Of a stretch of DNA of 64,000 nucleotides, positions 1 through 12,780 are shown piece by piece. Below the pieces are notes generated by a model. The model had not been told where the DNA came from, made no database searches, and worked only from the letters and a program-made list of their open reading frames with translations. A program made the position numbers and the translations under genes. This DNA comes from Mobula hypostoma. Lineage: Eukaryota. The DNA lies in assembly GCF_963921235.1 (NCBI RefSeq), contig NC_086118.1:17858001-17922000 (forward strand), read 5' to 3'. Position 1 is the first letter of the stretch, and the number at the start of each line of letters is the position of its first letter.

Positions 1-697
1 CCTAAAGGTTAATTGCAGGAAGAGTCTGTGGTTCTGAAGGCAAATGTGATGTTAGCATTCATTTTAAGAGGACTAGAATATAAAAGCAAGGATGTATTGT
101 TAAGACTTTATGAAGCACTGGTGAGGCCTCACTTGGAGTATTGTGAACAGATTTGGGCTCCTTTTCTGATAAAGGATGTGTTGAAATGGGAGAGGGTTCA
201 AAGAATGTTCAGAAAATAATTCTAGGATTGAATGGCTTGTCATATGAAGAGCACTTGACGGCTCTGGGCCCATATTCATTGGAATTCAGAAGAATGAGGG
301 GTGACCTCTTTGAAACCTATCGAGTGGTGAAAGGTGAGTAGGTGAATGATGAATAGAGTGGACGTGGAGGGGATGTTTCCTATGGAGGGAGAGTCTAAGA
401 CCAGAGAACAGAGCCTTGGAAGGGGTGTCCTTTTAGAACGGAAATGAGGAATTTCTTTAGCCAGAGAGTGGTGAATCTGTAGAATTTCTTGCCACGGGCA
501 GCTGAGGGGTCAAGTCTGTATGTATATTTAACGCAGAGATTGATAGATTCTTGATTGGTCAGTGCATGAAGGGATACGGGGGGGAAAGGCAGGAAATTGG
601 GGCTGAGAGAAAAAAATGAATCAGCCTTGTTGAAGTGGCAGAGCAAACTCAATGGGCCAAATGGCCTAATTCAGCTCCTATGTCTTTATGGTCTTAT
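1..697 (+). mobile_element. CR1 LINE 3' fragment (RT C-terminus and 3' UTR)
   Basis: Degenerate ORF2 peptides (LYEALVRPHLEYCEQIWAP, RRMRGDLFETYR); ends in a CR1-type tail TATGTCTTTATGGTCTTAT. Confidence 0.9.
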
Positions 698-1379
698 ATT
701 TAAAATTTGGCTTCCCGAGATTAGAATGGGAACTGCATATGGTATTAACCTGCTGAAGATTCGTTTCCCATAGCTTTTTTTCAAAATACAGGTGGTATTG
801 ACTTGGAATTAAGGTTTTTTTCACAACATTATGTGTAAGTAGATGGGAGTCATTTCACATTAGTATAGTGAAGAGGGAGATTACCCACTTCCCCATATTA
901 TGAGCATGTGATCAGGTTTCTCTTTATCCATTTTGTTAAGTTGCTTCCTCCAATATAACATTCTTCCAAGAACCAATATTACTAATGTACAAAGAAATTA
1001 ATTATTTGCTTTCCTTCTGACTTTTTTTGCCAGCCCAGTTATAGTGCCCACATCACAAAATATAATTAATTGTTTTGCAAAACAGGTTAGGTTTACAAAT
1101 GTGATACAGTGTTCTACAGATGCAAATTGGATTTGTTTCTTTTCAAGTGATTCATTCATATGACATAAAAAGAATACAGTCCAGTTTTATTTGAAGCTTA
1201 TCACAGTAAATTATGTATTTTGGATATTAGAACAAAATCATTTTTTGGTGAACTCAAGAGTTTTGAGCAAACACTACACCACCATGATCACATGGAAAAG
1301 GACATGAAAATACACAGTGAGTGTTATGTCACACACACTCAAGTTCAAGTTTATTTTGCCAACCAGAACAAGAATGTAA

Positions 1380-1610
1380 GCCAAATGCTGAAGATGCTGG
1401 AACTCCTTAATGCAAATAAAAAATGCTGAAAATCCTCAGTAGGTCCGGCTGCATTTGTGGAAACAAAAAAATAGTGTCAACATTTCAGGTAAATTACTTT
1501 TTGTTAGTTTACTAACGAAAAGTGATCAAACTAGAATATTAACTCTTTGTTTTCTGTACAGATGCTGCTAATCTTGTTGATATTCCAAGCATATTATTTT
1601 TATGCAGATA
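1380..1610. repeat. Palindromic PLE-tail-derived element (two inverted tails, degenerate hammerhead remnants)
   Basis: Imperfect inverted symmetry centred at ~1509/1510 (TTGTTAGT-TT-ACTAACGA); arms resemble PLE tails elsewhere in the window (CAGATGCTGC...TTCCAAGCAT). Confidence 0.6.
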
Positions 1611-1826
1611 TGACCAATGCTAACACTGGAAGAGAATTATGTAATTTTATTTTCTATCACAGACGTTGCTCTTCACCAAAAACTTTTAACGGTTGATTTA
1701 AAATTCAGTTGTGATAGTTCTGAGGTTGCTGTGCAAGTGCAATTTCTTCACTCGGATTCTAATTCAGTTTGTTCATTGTGTTGTCATTCAAACTCCTCGG
1801 CATCACTAATTTTAATCTTTTACCAG

Positions 1827-1929
1827 GTATGACCGAACTAAGCTCACACTCAAAGAGATTCATAAGGTGCAGTATGTGTCGTGCATGAATCCCACAGCTG
1901 GCAGTTTCACCATAAACCCTCGCCTACAG
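1827..1929 (+). CDS. DNAH9: Axonemal dynein heavy chain exon (AAA3 region)
   Basis: ttttaccAG acceptor, GTacaa donor; encodes (W)[34 protein letters not shown]; joins the next exon in phase 0. Confidence 0.93.
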
Positions 1930-2054
1930 GTACAAAACAGGAGTTTGTTTTGTTTGTTGTGTACAAAGTAGGTGCAGTGAAGACAGGAGGGTAACAGATC
2001 AAGCATAAGAGCTTTTGCATTAGGACTGCAGAATGCAAAACAACTTCACAATCA

Positions 2055-2160
2055 CACACAAAACACTGGAACTCAGCAGGTCAACACACTTGCTGAGTTC
2101 CTCCAGCATTTTGCGAGTGCTGCTTTGGATTATCAGCATCTGCAGATTTTCTCATGTTTG
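2055..2160. repeat. Collapsed hairpin of PLE tail sequence
   Basis: CAAAACACTGGAACTCAGCAGG ... CTTGCTGAGTTCCTCCAGCATTTTG inverted pair, followed by CAGCATCTGCAGATTTTCTC, the PLE terminus. Confidence 0.6.
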
Positions 2161-3304
2161 GAATCATAGGCAAGGAGGTAAAAGGAACTGTAGGTGATGG
2201 AAATCTGAAAAAGAAATTGAAATTGCAGGAGGTTTTCAGCAGTTCCAGTGGCACTGAGTGCAGGATCTGTGAAGTGCCAAGCAGTACATGATGCTAGCAG
2301 GATTTTTCATCTCCATTATCCATCTTCAACTCACCAGAAGTACTTACTTGCATTAATCTAGCTTCCAGCAGCTGAATTATGAGTATCTAAGCTTTTTAAA
2401 ACCATTTTTGGGCAAGTAGAGACATCTGGCACAATGTGAGCTGAAAAGCTGTAAATAAATTCACATTGAAATTTCAAAACAATCAATAAAGCATACCACT
2501 CTTAAACTGCTGATTAGTCAATTCTGTTTTTCAATTTGTTTAGAAGCTGCAGTAGACGATCACAGTTACTGTCAGGACAGAGTTGCTGTTCCCAGATTTA
2601 TAATATGTAGATCACTTACGGACAGAGATCTATAAAGCTATTGTCATCTTCTATAATTTAAAGGATGGGTACAAATTGATTGGCGTGTGAAGCTTGCTGA
2701 GTGCTGTAATCAATTGCCTATTCTTATCTATAAGTCAAGGTGATGTTGGCCCTTAACGGACTGTAATCACCGTGATTCCATCTCTCTCATCTTCCCTGAT
2801 CTAATGTGGACACTACAAAGATTAAAAGGATCAAAATGAGTAGACCAAGTTCTGAAACCAACTGTGGTTTTTACGCCCTTGAACTTCCTAGATGCCTGGA
2901 CAGAAAAAAAAGAGTTTCAGTATTAATATCAACACCTTCCAATGAATATCTCCACTGTCTGCAGATTGAGGGCAGCACGTGCATGGGAGCAAACTTTGTA
3001 TTTCCTCACCAGGTCATGCACCATCCCACCTTGGATATAACTTACAGTTTCTTCATGGATGCTTGGTTAAACTGGCATTATTGTAGGGACACAAATTATT
3101 TAAACTGCAATGATTAAAGGTAGCTTATAAACAAAGGAGAGTAAATGCCAGTCTACCAGTCACGCATGCATATCGAGTAAATTAGAAGCAATGAAAACAT
3201 TTGCAACATAACAATCAAAGTGATAGCTTAGAAGGAAGGTATAAAATCATAGAACATTTCCAACACTGAAAAAGACGATTTGGTCCAAAAACAAGGAAAA
3301 ATCA

Positions 3305-3972
3305 AAGGAACCCATACAAAATGCTGGAGGATCTCAGCAGGCCAGGTGGGATCTATAGAAACAAGTAAACAGTTGATATTTTGGGCCAAGACCCTTCATC
3401 GAGACTGGAAAAAAAGATGTCAGAGCAAGAAGATGGGGGGGGGGGGAAGGAGGTGGTAGGTAATTGAGACTGGGAGAGTGGGAGGGGTGAAGTAAAGAGC
3501 TGGGAAGTTTATAGGTGAAAGTGATAAAGGGCTGTAGAAGAGTGATTCTGATAGAAGAGGGTAGAAGACTATGGACGGAAAGGAAGGGGGAGGAACACCA
3601 GAGAGAGGTGATGCAAAGGGAAATGGGAATGGTGAAGTGGGGGGGGGTGCAATTACTGGAAGTTTGAGAAGTGTATTTTCATGCCATAGGTTGGCAGCTT
3701 CCCAGATGGAATACAAGGTGTTGCTCCTCCAACCTGCATGTGGCGTCATCACGGCAGTAGAGGAGGCCGTGGACTGACATGTTGGAATGGGAAGTAGAAT
3801 TGAAATGGGTGGCCACCGTGACATCCCACTTTTTCTGCTGGACAGAGCGTAGCAGTCTCCCAATCTACGTGGAGTCTCTCTGATATACAGGAGGCCACAC
3901 CGGGAGCACCAGATACAGTAGATGACCCCAACAGACACACATGTGAAGTGTCGCCTCACCTGGAAGGACTGT
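3305..3972 (-). mobile_element. Penelope-like element 3' fragment (GIY-YIG endonuclease plus tail), older copy
   Basis: ORF 3420-3959 begins RRHFTCVSVGVIYCIWCSRCGLLYIRET; tail homologous to 39970-40359; degenerate hammerhead at ~3371-3406. Confidence 0.88.
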
Positions 3973-5014
3973 TTCTGCCTTTACGTTTCAGAGGTTGTAA
4001 ATCCTGGGCCATTACACAGTTTGACTGTTTGAAAAAACAACTCATCTTCTCTCTTCCTTTAAATCCTTGCCTCCTGGTTTTCAGATCCCTGATTTTTGAT
4101 TGTTTTGCTTGAAGAAATAGATTCTTCATATTTATATCTCTCATAAACTTTCAGAATCTGATTTATTATCATTGACTTGTATGGTGAGAAATTTATTGTT
4201 TTTTTGTGGCAGCAGAAAAATGCAAAGATATAGGTTACTATAAATTGCAAATTTGAACAGTACAAATATAGAGGGATAATAAGACAATTATCTCAAATGA
4301 ACAGGGTTGTATTAAATGTGCCAGTTAGAGCTGCTGTAAAGTCAAGGAGATTTACAGAACCACTGGCTATCTTTCCATGTAATCCAGTTAAGCATTACAG
4401 GTAGCTGACCTTTTATTAGAACTCCATTGCATTTGATTGGAGCAGAGCAAAGACTACTTTTGTCTCCAGTTAGCTGGATAAGATACGTAAGTTGGACACA
4501 TTAGCTGGAAATTGCCAGAGGTGAAACCTAGTAACTCGTTTGTTGAATTTGAAGATTTTTCAGTGTTCATGATGAAGTATCATGTTTTTGTGGATCCTTT
4601 ACTCCAAGTTATTATTGGCTTTCTCCAGTACAATGATTCTGCTTTTTTATCATTGTGAATATATTTTTGTGTTGTGAAAGTGAGATTGATTTAGCAGATT
4701 ACTTTCAGATGGCTTCTTTGCTAGATTAGCAGTAAAAATGTTTGCTATTCCTTCCTCTAAGGCTCTAGATTAATTTAGTTTCAGTGGAGGCAACAGCCAT
4801 TATAATTCCTTCTATCTTAGCAGTCTCTTCAGCTATGAAGCAAATCACAGACAATCTTGTTTGCGATAGACTATTAAACACTATTCATTTTTTCATTATC
4901 AGGGGAAGGGTACTGAATAGACCCTTGTTCTTCCTGTTCATCTTAAGACTAGAATCAGTCTTTGAATTAAACTGGATCAGAAGATGTAGAGCCCATGCGG
5001 ATAGAGTTAAGAGA

Positions 5015-6660
5015 CCACAAGGGTACAAAGATTCTGGATGGAAGATATACTGTATATACAGGCCTCTGAACAGTAGCCAGGATATGGGGTACAAATTATG
5101 AAGGGAGATTAAAAAAAAGGCATATAAAAAGAACAATGTCATGATGTTCAAAAGAATTTCACTATGTAGGTAGATTGGAAAAATGAGGTTTGTACTGGAT
5201 CTAAAGAAGGTAGCTTGTGATTGAGCCCACGAGGGAAAAGACAATTCTGGCTTTAAGTAAAGGAACCTTAGGAGGTGGTGATTATATGACAGAATTCACC
5301 CTGCAGTTTGACAGGGGGAAGCTAAAATTGGATGTATCGATATTACACTGCAGTAAAGGTAACTACAGAGGCATAAGAGAGGAGTTGGACAAATTTGATT
5401 GGAAGGGAACACTAACGGATGAATGTAGAGTAGAAATGGCTGAAGTTTCTGGGAGTAATTTGGAAGATGCTGGGTCTGTTCATCCGAAAGAAGAAAAAGA
5501 ATTCTAAAGAGAGGATGAGGATGACCAACAAGAGAAGTCAAGAGAGTATAAAGTCAAAAAGAAAAATAGGAGCACATGTTATTAAAGCAAAGATACTAGT
5601 ATGGACAGAAGATTAGCTGACTGGCAGAAGGCTAGGATTGAGAATAAAGGAGGCCTTTTTTGATTGGCTGCCGGTGACTAGGGTTGTTCCTCAGGGGTTA
5701 GTGTTAGTTACACTACATTCAATGCAAATTATATAGATGAAAGAATCAGTGGCTTTCTGGCCCAGTTTAAAGATGATACCAAGATAACGGAAGGGAAGAT
5801 AGTGTTGAGGAAGAACGGAGTCTGCAGAGGACTTGGGCAGATTAGAAGAACTTGCAAAGAAATAGCAGATGGAACTGTGTAGGGAAGTGTACAGTCATGC
5901 ACTTCGGTAGAAGAAATAAGGTGTAAACTACTTTATAAACTGGGAGTGAATACAGAAATTGGAAGTACAAAGGGACACGGGACTCCTAGTGCATTATTTC
6001 CTAAAGGTTACCTTACAGGTTGAGTCAGTAATAAAGAAACCAAATGCAATGTTAGCATTCATTTCCAGAGAACTAGAATATAAAATCAAAGATATAATGC
6101 TGATACATTATAAGGCATTGGTCAGAACAAATTAGGAGTATTGTGAGCAATTTAGGACCCCATATCTGAGAAAGAATGTGCAGGCAAAAGAGAAGATTCA
6201 GATGTTTGCTAGAATGATCTCAGGAATGATAGGGTTAATGAATGAGAAGCAATTGATAGCTCTGGCCCTGTTCTTGCTGGAGTTTAGAAGAATGAGGGGT
6301 GGGGGGGAAGGAAATCTCTCTGAAACCACCAAATATGGATCGGCTTGACAGAGTGGGTGTGCAGAGGATGTTTCCAATAGTTGGGAAAGTTCAGGCCGAG
6401 AGGGCACAGCGTCAGAAAAGAACAGAGTGGAGGAGGAATTTCTTTAGCTAAAGAGTGGTGAAGCTGTGGAGCTCATTGCGGCAGATGGCTGTGGAGGTCC
6501 AGTCATTGCACATATTTAAAGTAGAGATTGATAGGTAATTAATTAGTTAGAGTGTCAAAGGTTATGGGGAGAAGGCAGGAGAAAGGGTTTGAGAGGGAAA
6601 ATAAATCAGCTATACAGCAGATTGAATGGTCTAAATGTGCTTCTATGTCTTATGGTCTTT
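5015..6660 (+). mobile_element. Degenerate, internally deleted CR1 LINE
   Basis: APE-like (IYRPLNS) and RT C-terminal remnants; TATGTCTTATGGTCTT tail at ~6645-6659. Confidence 0.85.
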
Positions 6661-7054
6661 GCTCTTGCTAGTCAAATCCATGCAAAATAGTTGCATTGGG
6701 TTTTGAAAAGGGATTATACTTGGTATGCTATGATATGCATAACCGCAAATATATTGGAGGTTTTAGGAATGGAAAGTGATTCTTTATTACTCTTTGTAAA
6801 TTGATCCGTACATTGCTAGTCTTGAATATCAGCTTAATCAGGCACTAACTGATAATCAGTGGTGATGTCCTATGGTTTTCCATCCCCAAATCTTGTCCAC
6901 AAGAATGTATATCATATAAAATAACAATATGGGGTTTAAAGCAACAGTTTTATCATCAGAATTTATGGACAGTACTTATTATTTTGATATGGAGCTGCAT
7001 ATAGTATTGAAATCAACTTTTCTCTGACTAAAGGTATCTTATTTTTAATTGCAG

Positions 7055-7294
7055 CGCCACTTCTGTGTGTTTGCTCTATCATTTCCCAGCACGGATGCAC
7101 TTGCTACAATCTACAGTACCATTCTTAGCCAGCACCTCAAAATTAATAACTTTGCCGTGGTTTTGCAAAAATCGACACACCAGCTAATCAGTCTGGCACT
7201 TGCCTTGCACAATAAGGTGGCTTCTACGTTCTTGCCAACAGCCATCAAATTTCATTACATCTTTAACCTGCGTGATCTGTCCAATATCTTTCAG
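7055..7294 (+). CDS. DNAH9: Axonemal dynein heavy chain exon (AAA3 lid)
   Basis: ttgcAG / GTaagt; 80 codons RHFCVFALSFPSTDAL...FLPTAIKFHYIFNLRDLSNIFQ. Confidence 0.95.
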
Positions 7295-7420
7295 GTAAGT
7301 TTATGGCATCAAATGGTAAGCATTCTCTATTTTGGGTGGCCAGACCAAGATTGCTTAATGTTTCAAATTGTCTAATGTTATTTCCAATACACAAGTGTAA
7401 ATGAGAACAAAATAATCGTT

Positions 7421-7927
7421 ACACACATCAAAGTTGCTGGTGAACACAGCAGGCCAGGCAGCCTATTCAAAAATGGGAGGGGGAGATCCAAAATGAAGGA
7501 GAAGACAGGAGGGGGAGGGATGGAGCCAAGAGCTGGACAGGTGATTGGCAAAAGGGATATGAGAGGATCATGGGACAGGAGGCCCAGGGAGAAGGAAAAG
7601 GGGGGGGGGGAACCCAGAGGATGGGCATAGTGAGAGGGACAGAGGGAGAAAAAGGAGAGAGAGAGAAAGAATGTGTATTTATAAATAAATAACGGATGGA
7701 GTACGAGGGGGAGGTGGGGCATTAGCGGAAGTTAGAGAAGTCAATGTTCATACCATCAGGTTGGAGGCTACCCAGACGGAATATAAGGTGTTGTTCCTCC
7801 AACCTGAGTGTGGCTTCATCTTTACAGTAGAGGAGGCCGTGGATAGTCATATCAGAATAGGAATGGGATGTGGAATTAAAATGTGTGGCCAGTGGGAGAT
7901 CCTGCTTTCTCTGGCGGACAGAGCGCC
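7421..7927 (-). mobile_element. Penelope-like element 3' fragment with hammerhead region deleted
   Basis: Near-identical to 59336-59935 except that ~90 nt spanning the ribozyme is replaced by ~12 nt at ~7463-7474. Confidence 0.88.
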
Positions 7928-7989
7928 AGAGAAAGATTAATTGTTGCTGTGGAGGCAGAATAATTGTTACTCTGGATTTGATGCTGCAC

Positions 7990-8345
7990 AGAAAACATGA
8001 TTAGATAAAGAACACAATTATTGTAAAATACAAATATACAAAATAGCTTTAAACTGTACATAAGGTGATGTACAGGAGTGTCTCTATATAAGGTAACTGA
8101 CAGGACATGATAAAGTAGTGGTGATAGGGTGGTTAGTGGGTCAAGGTATTGATCAGCCTTGCTGCTTGTGGAAAGTAGCTGTTTCTGTGTCTGGTGGACT
8201 TGGCGTAGATGCTACATAACCTCCTCCCTGATGGGAGTGGGACAAACAGTCCATAAGCAGGGTGGGTGAGTTCCTTCATGATATTGCTGGCCTTTTCCTG
8301 GCACATTTCTGAATATCTGCCCTGAATGGTGTGTGGGCTGTTGCC
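7990..8345 (-). mobile_element. Rex1/Babar LINE 3' fragment
   Basis: ORF 8133-8411 HPAYGLFVPLPSGRRL...RNSYFPQAARLIN, a typical C-terminus shared with 57777-57974. Confidence 0.8.
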
Positions 8346-9129
8346 AGTGATGCTTTGGGCAGTTTTGACTTGTTGTAGATACTTCAATAAAAAGTCCTTT
8401 TGCCATGACATCCAAGAGAGTATTAGAGAGTGTTACACATTAGAGAGTATCATAAGTCATTATTGGTCTCCATTTACCTTTTGTACAGGCAGTTTGGTTA
8501 AATACATGTGTAAACTGGAAAGAACAAAACACAGCAATCATAGGTCTCTGTTAAGCATCTTATACCCTGCTTCAAGTTAAGCATAGAAATACTGAGTACT
8601 GGGGTGGAAAGGGGGTTGTGTTGCTGAACTAAGTATCATTTGCTTGTTGTAGTACAATACAAATGCTTAAATAATAAATAAATCAGCAATCATTTTCCCA
8701 GAGGCAATGAAATTATCAAGGTATTCTACTAGTTAACAAATAGTTATTAGTTACTAGTTAGAGTGTTTTAAAATATTAAAACCTTGAATGTGACATTGTT
8801 CCAAACTCCTGCTCTTTGGTTGAGAGAGGAAATGTAAGATTTGATTCAACATTCTTCAACTCACGATTTGGACTGTTGACAAATTGAACTGATCTGATAT
8901 TTTAAAGCAATGATTTCGATAAGGTGGACAATTGATTGCACTACTGATGGTGGTTGATGTGAATCTTCCCTGAAATATAGCAATTTAAGTTTGTATTAAA
9001 TACCAAGTTAAGCTGTTTCTAAATTAGTTGCCCTTTATGGGAGGAACATTACCCATTAACTATGGAAAAGAAAATTATTAAACTTCTGCAATTTTTGGAA
9101 TAAATGCTCCTTTAATTTCAACATATGTC

Positions 9130-9710
9130 CTGTACCTAATAAAGTGGCCACTGAATGTATGTTCAAGGTCTTCTGCTGCTGTAGCCCATCCACTTCTAGA
9201 TTTGACGTGTGTATATTCAGAAGCTCAAGTGCACCACTGCTGTAACAAGTTGTTGTCCTATCAACCTGAACCAGTCTGGCTATTCTCTTCTGACCTCTTT
9301 CGTTAACAAGGCATTTTCACCCACAGAACTGCCACTCACTGGATGTTTTTGCACCATTCTCTGTAAACTCTAGTGCAGAGGTTCCCAACTGTTTTTATGC
9401 CGTTGACCAATACAATTAAGCCAGGGGTCTATGGACCCCAGTTTGGGAACTCCTGCTCTAGAGATTGATGTGTGTCCAAATCCCCGAAGATCAACTGTTC
9501 CTGAGATGCTCAAACAACCCTAAATTGCACCAACAATCATTCCAAAGGCAAAGTCATTTAGGTAACCTCTCTTTTCCCATTCTGATGTTTGGTCTGAACC
9601 ACAAGTCAACTTCTTGACCATGTCTGCATGCTTTTATGTAGCTGCCACATGACTGCTGATTAGATACTTGCATTAATGAACAGGTGTACCTAATAAAGTG
9701 GCCACTGAGC
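9130..9710. mobile_element. Non-autonomous Tc1/mariner-like element remnant
   Basis: GTACCTAATAAAGTGGCCACTGA occurs at ~9132 and ~9686 (Tc1-type terminal/subterminal motif); the left TIR is not evident. Confidence 0.55.
9376..9455. mobile_element. 80-bp hAT (Charlie-type) MITE
   Basis: TIRs CAGAGGTTCCCAAC / GTTTGGGAACTCCTG; 8-bp TSD CTCTAGTG (9368-9375) / CTCTAGAG (9456-9463), fitting the NTCTAGAN target preference. Confidence 0.85.
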
Positions 9711-11462
9711 AGATGCAGTGAAGAGTTCTCCATTGCCTCTTCCCACCTTCTCCTCAGCCTTTAGTTATTGCACACGAAAACAGCAAGTAAATATCTGATG
9801 CAGCCTCGTCATACTACGAACATTAAATGGTTACTTGTTTAGAATGGATTGTAAATGCTGTCATTAGTTTATGTTATGTCTTACCTCAGGTCAGTCCATT
9901 AGAAAACCTTCTCATTACAGGTTTTATTTAGTGTTGAATCAGAGACAGTTTAAAATAAATTACAAACCTCTTCTAGCTTGCTTTGGAACAAACCCAAAGG
10001 AATTACTGTACATTTATTATTTAAGCCAGTTATCTGTGAAGGTCCCCTGGCTGTGATTATAAAGGGGTTAGATTCTGTCTTGGTACCTTTACAACATGGA
10101 TAATAATAGTTCAGAACAAAATGACAAAAATGGCTCTTTAAATAATTTCTGTTTCATTTGACAGTAATTCAGAATCAGCTTGGAATACGAATGATGAAGC
10201 ATAATTTTGGCACTTTAAAGTAAAATTTAATTGCTTTTCACTTATCGGATTCTTCTTTTGAATGTGGTCATCAAGTTGTCATGTGTGTAAATTGATGGAT
10301 TACAGAAATTAGTCACAGTAGCTGACATTGTAACTAACAGACAGCAGGCGCAGAGTGAATGTCTGAGTTATGCCGTGATGGGTGGCAGATAATCGTGGGA
10401 GGAAACTATACTTGTAATGCAGTTGTGAGCATGGATTCAAAGTAAAGTAAAAATTAACAGATGAATTTTAAAGAGAAGAAGTATAGTTTGGTGTTTTACT
10501 TTATCAGAGATGGTCAGGTTTGTCAAAGGCAGCGTTCAAAATTGGATGAAAGCATTAAGTGTGGGCTGGGTAAAACTTTGTTAAAATTTAGTTTATATTC
10601 AGTTATGTTTCAGTTGCTAATCATGATTGAAATTAGATATGAAACATAAGGTGTCATATGGATGAATATAAATAAAAGCGTACTGAGTATAGACGTGTAA
10701 ATTACTAAAATGGAATGGGATGGGTGTGTAGAAAGGAGGATATGTAAAAGTTTCAGTAGCTATGAGGATACAGACGATCTTGCTAACATAGTGATTTGAG
10801 GTTATTGTTTTATTTTACATCAGTGGAAAAGCACATCATCAGCACATTCTACCAGAGTAAATGGTATTGTGAATACAGCATTATTGAGGATGGAGACAAA
10901 CTTCTAAGTAGGAAGCCAAGAGATTATGCTTCAAGGTTCTTTTAAAATTTGTAAAATGACATTCAACAGTTTCATATTATGACCTGTAAATAGCACCAAA
11001 CCAATTCTATAGTTATAATGTATTCAAGAATGTTTTGTATCCATCTGTCTCTATAAGTAGCTGCACAATTTAGCAACAGACGCAATTCCTATCGTCAATA
11101 TTTTTAGCAGTGAGGTGTAATTACATTACAATTAGGGCCTATATAAAAGTAAGCAATTTGTTTACTAAATACTTCATTGGTTATCTTATCTTTTAAGGTA
11201 TAAGAATCTGTTACATCCTATATTTTACCAAAATACACTTCATTCTTAATATATGCAAATACAGATTACTATATATTCAAATGTTACCATTCATTGTACT
11301 AGAAGTGTCATTTATTTAACTTGTAAGATTTGCACAATAACAGCATGAGTCCAATTTTTCATTTGTATATACTCCTTAAGTTATCATTCTGAGAGGTTCT
11401 TACGCAGGTTCCAGCTCCTTGGTGTACAATGTAAGAGTACAGCTGCACCAAATTAACTGCAA

Positions 11463-11890
11463 CATCATCATCATCATCATCAGGTGCCGTGTCCAGTTTG
11501 AGCTTCGACTGCCATGGCTCACACACTCTTGATTCGGGTCAAGTGAATTAATTCATTGGTATTCATTTCCAGTTCTCTGGCTGCTGTCTCCATCATCATT
11601 TGTCTTTGTCTTCCTTTTGCTTTCTTCCCTTCAATCTTTCCAATAATTACCGTGCATTCTAACTCCTCTTTCCTAATCACGTGTCCAATGAAGTTACATT
11701 GCCTTTTCATGAACTCATATGTTACTTCTCTTTTTGTGTTTGCCCTGTTCATGACATCCTCGTTAGAGATTCGTTTCGTCCATGATATTCTTTGCATCCT
11801 CCTCAAAAACCACATCTCTGTTGCTACAATTCATTTTCTCGTGTTACTAGATATTGTCCAACATTCTGAGCCATATAACATAACTGGAAA
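11463..11890 (-). mobile_element. RTE-clade LINE 3' fragment
   Basis: ORF MWFLRRMQRISWTKRISNEDV...GKIEGKKAKGRQR; (CAT)n microsatellite tail at 11463-11481. Confidence 0.88.
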
Positions 11891-11949
11891 CTGCAACATA
11901 CTTGGTTCATAATCCTGGACCTTGAAATGTGGCTGTCTATAGCTTTCTG

Positions 11950-12780
11950 TTATGGTCATTTGCTTTCTCAAGAAGATCAGTAATATTCAGGTAGTCCCGA
12001 GGACAGATTTCATCATGTTAATAACCCTCCAGTAGCAGTTGATATGTGTCATGTTGCATGTTACTTGGAAAAGCCTGTAGAGCACAATGTGCTGTGTTAT
12101 GCTGTTGTTCAAATGAACCTTGACAAAGGCCATTGCATCATTTCGGATTTTCTTGACAAAGGTTTATTCAGAAGGTGATGAATGACGTCTCAGTACCTTG
12201 GTATGCACCTCAGACAGCTGTGAAAGGAGAAATGACCAGGGATACTCTTTTTACAGCAGCCAAGCAAAATCTCAATGGTTTCTTCAAAGCCCTTATGATG
12301 AGGCATTCCCCCAAAGACTTTGTTCTTCTCCTCCAAAGAAACATCTGATACGATGTGCAATGTCCCCCTCCTACAGAGCTTCAAGGGTATTCTATACGGA
12401 GCACCCATGGTCAAGTGGGTTCTTATACATAGGTTTTCCTTTAGGAAACTGGGATTACGTCATGGTCCAACTGGCCAAACTCATTCTTTGTAACTTGATT
12501 AGTGATAACCTGGGATAGAAACCTATCATTCACTTCAAACAATGAGACTGATTACTAGTTTCTGATCTCTATTTTCTACCCTTTCTGCATATAGAAGAGT
12601 GTGATGATGCTGTTACTCATGGACTTTGATGTGGTATCAGCTGGAAGCCTATTGTGTGGTAGTTTGGTCCCAAAGAGCTGAGTAGAACTCAACTCTTTCA
12701 TCAAAGGAATAAATAGACCTTATCAGCTCATCCAAAGTTCATAAGTGATCCAGACACTCCTGAATGTTCTCTTTGGAAAC
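11950..12780 (-). mobile_element. Probable old Tx1/L1-clade LINE fragment (similar remnants ~14230-14830, ~24040-24400)
   Basis: Highly decayed; faint resemblance to Tx1 ORF2 C-terminal Cys-motif region (EETIEILLGC) from recall only. Confidence 0.35.
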
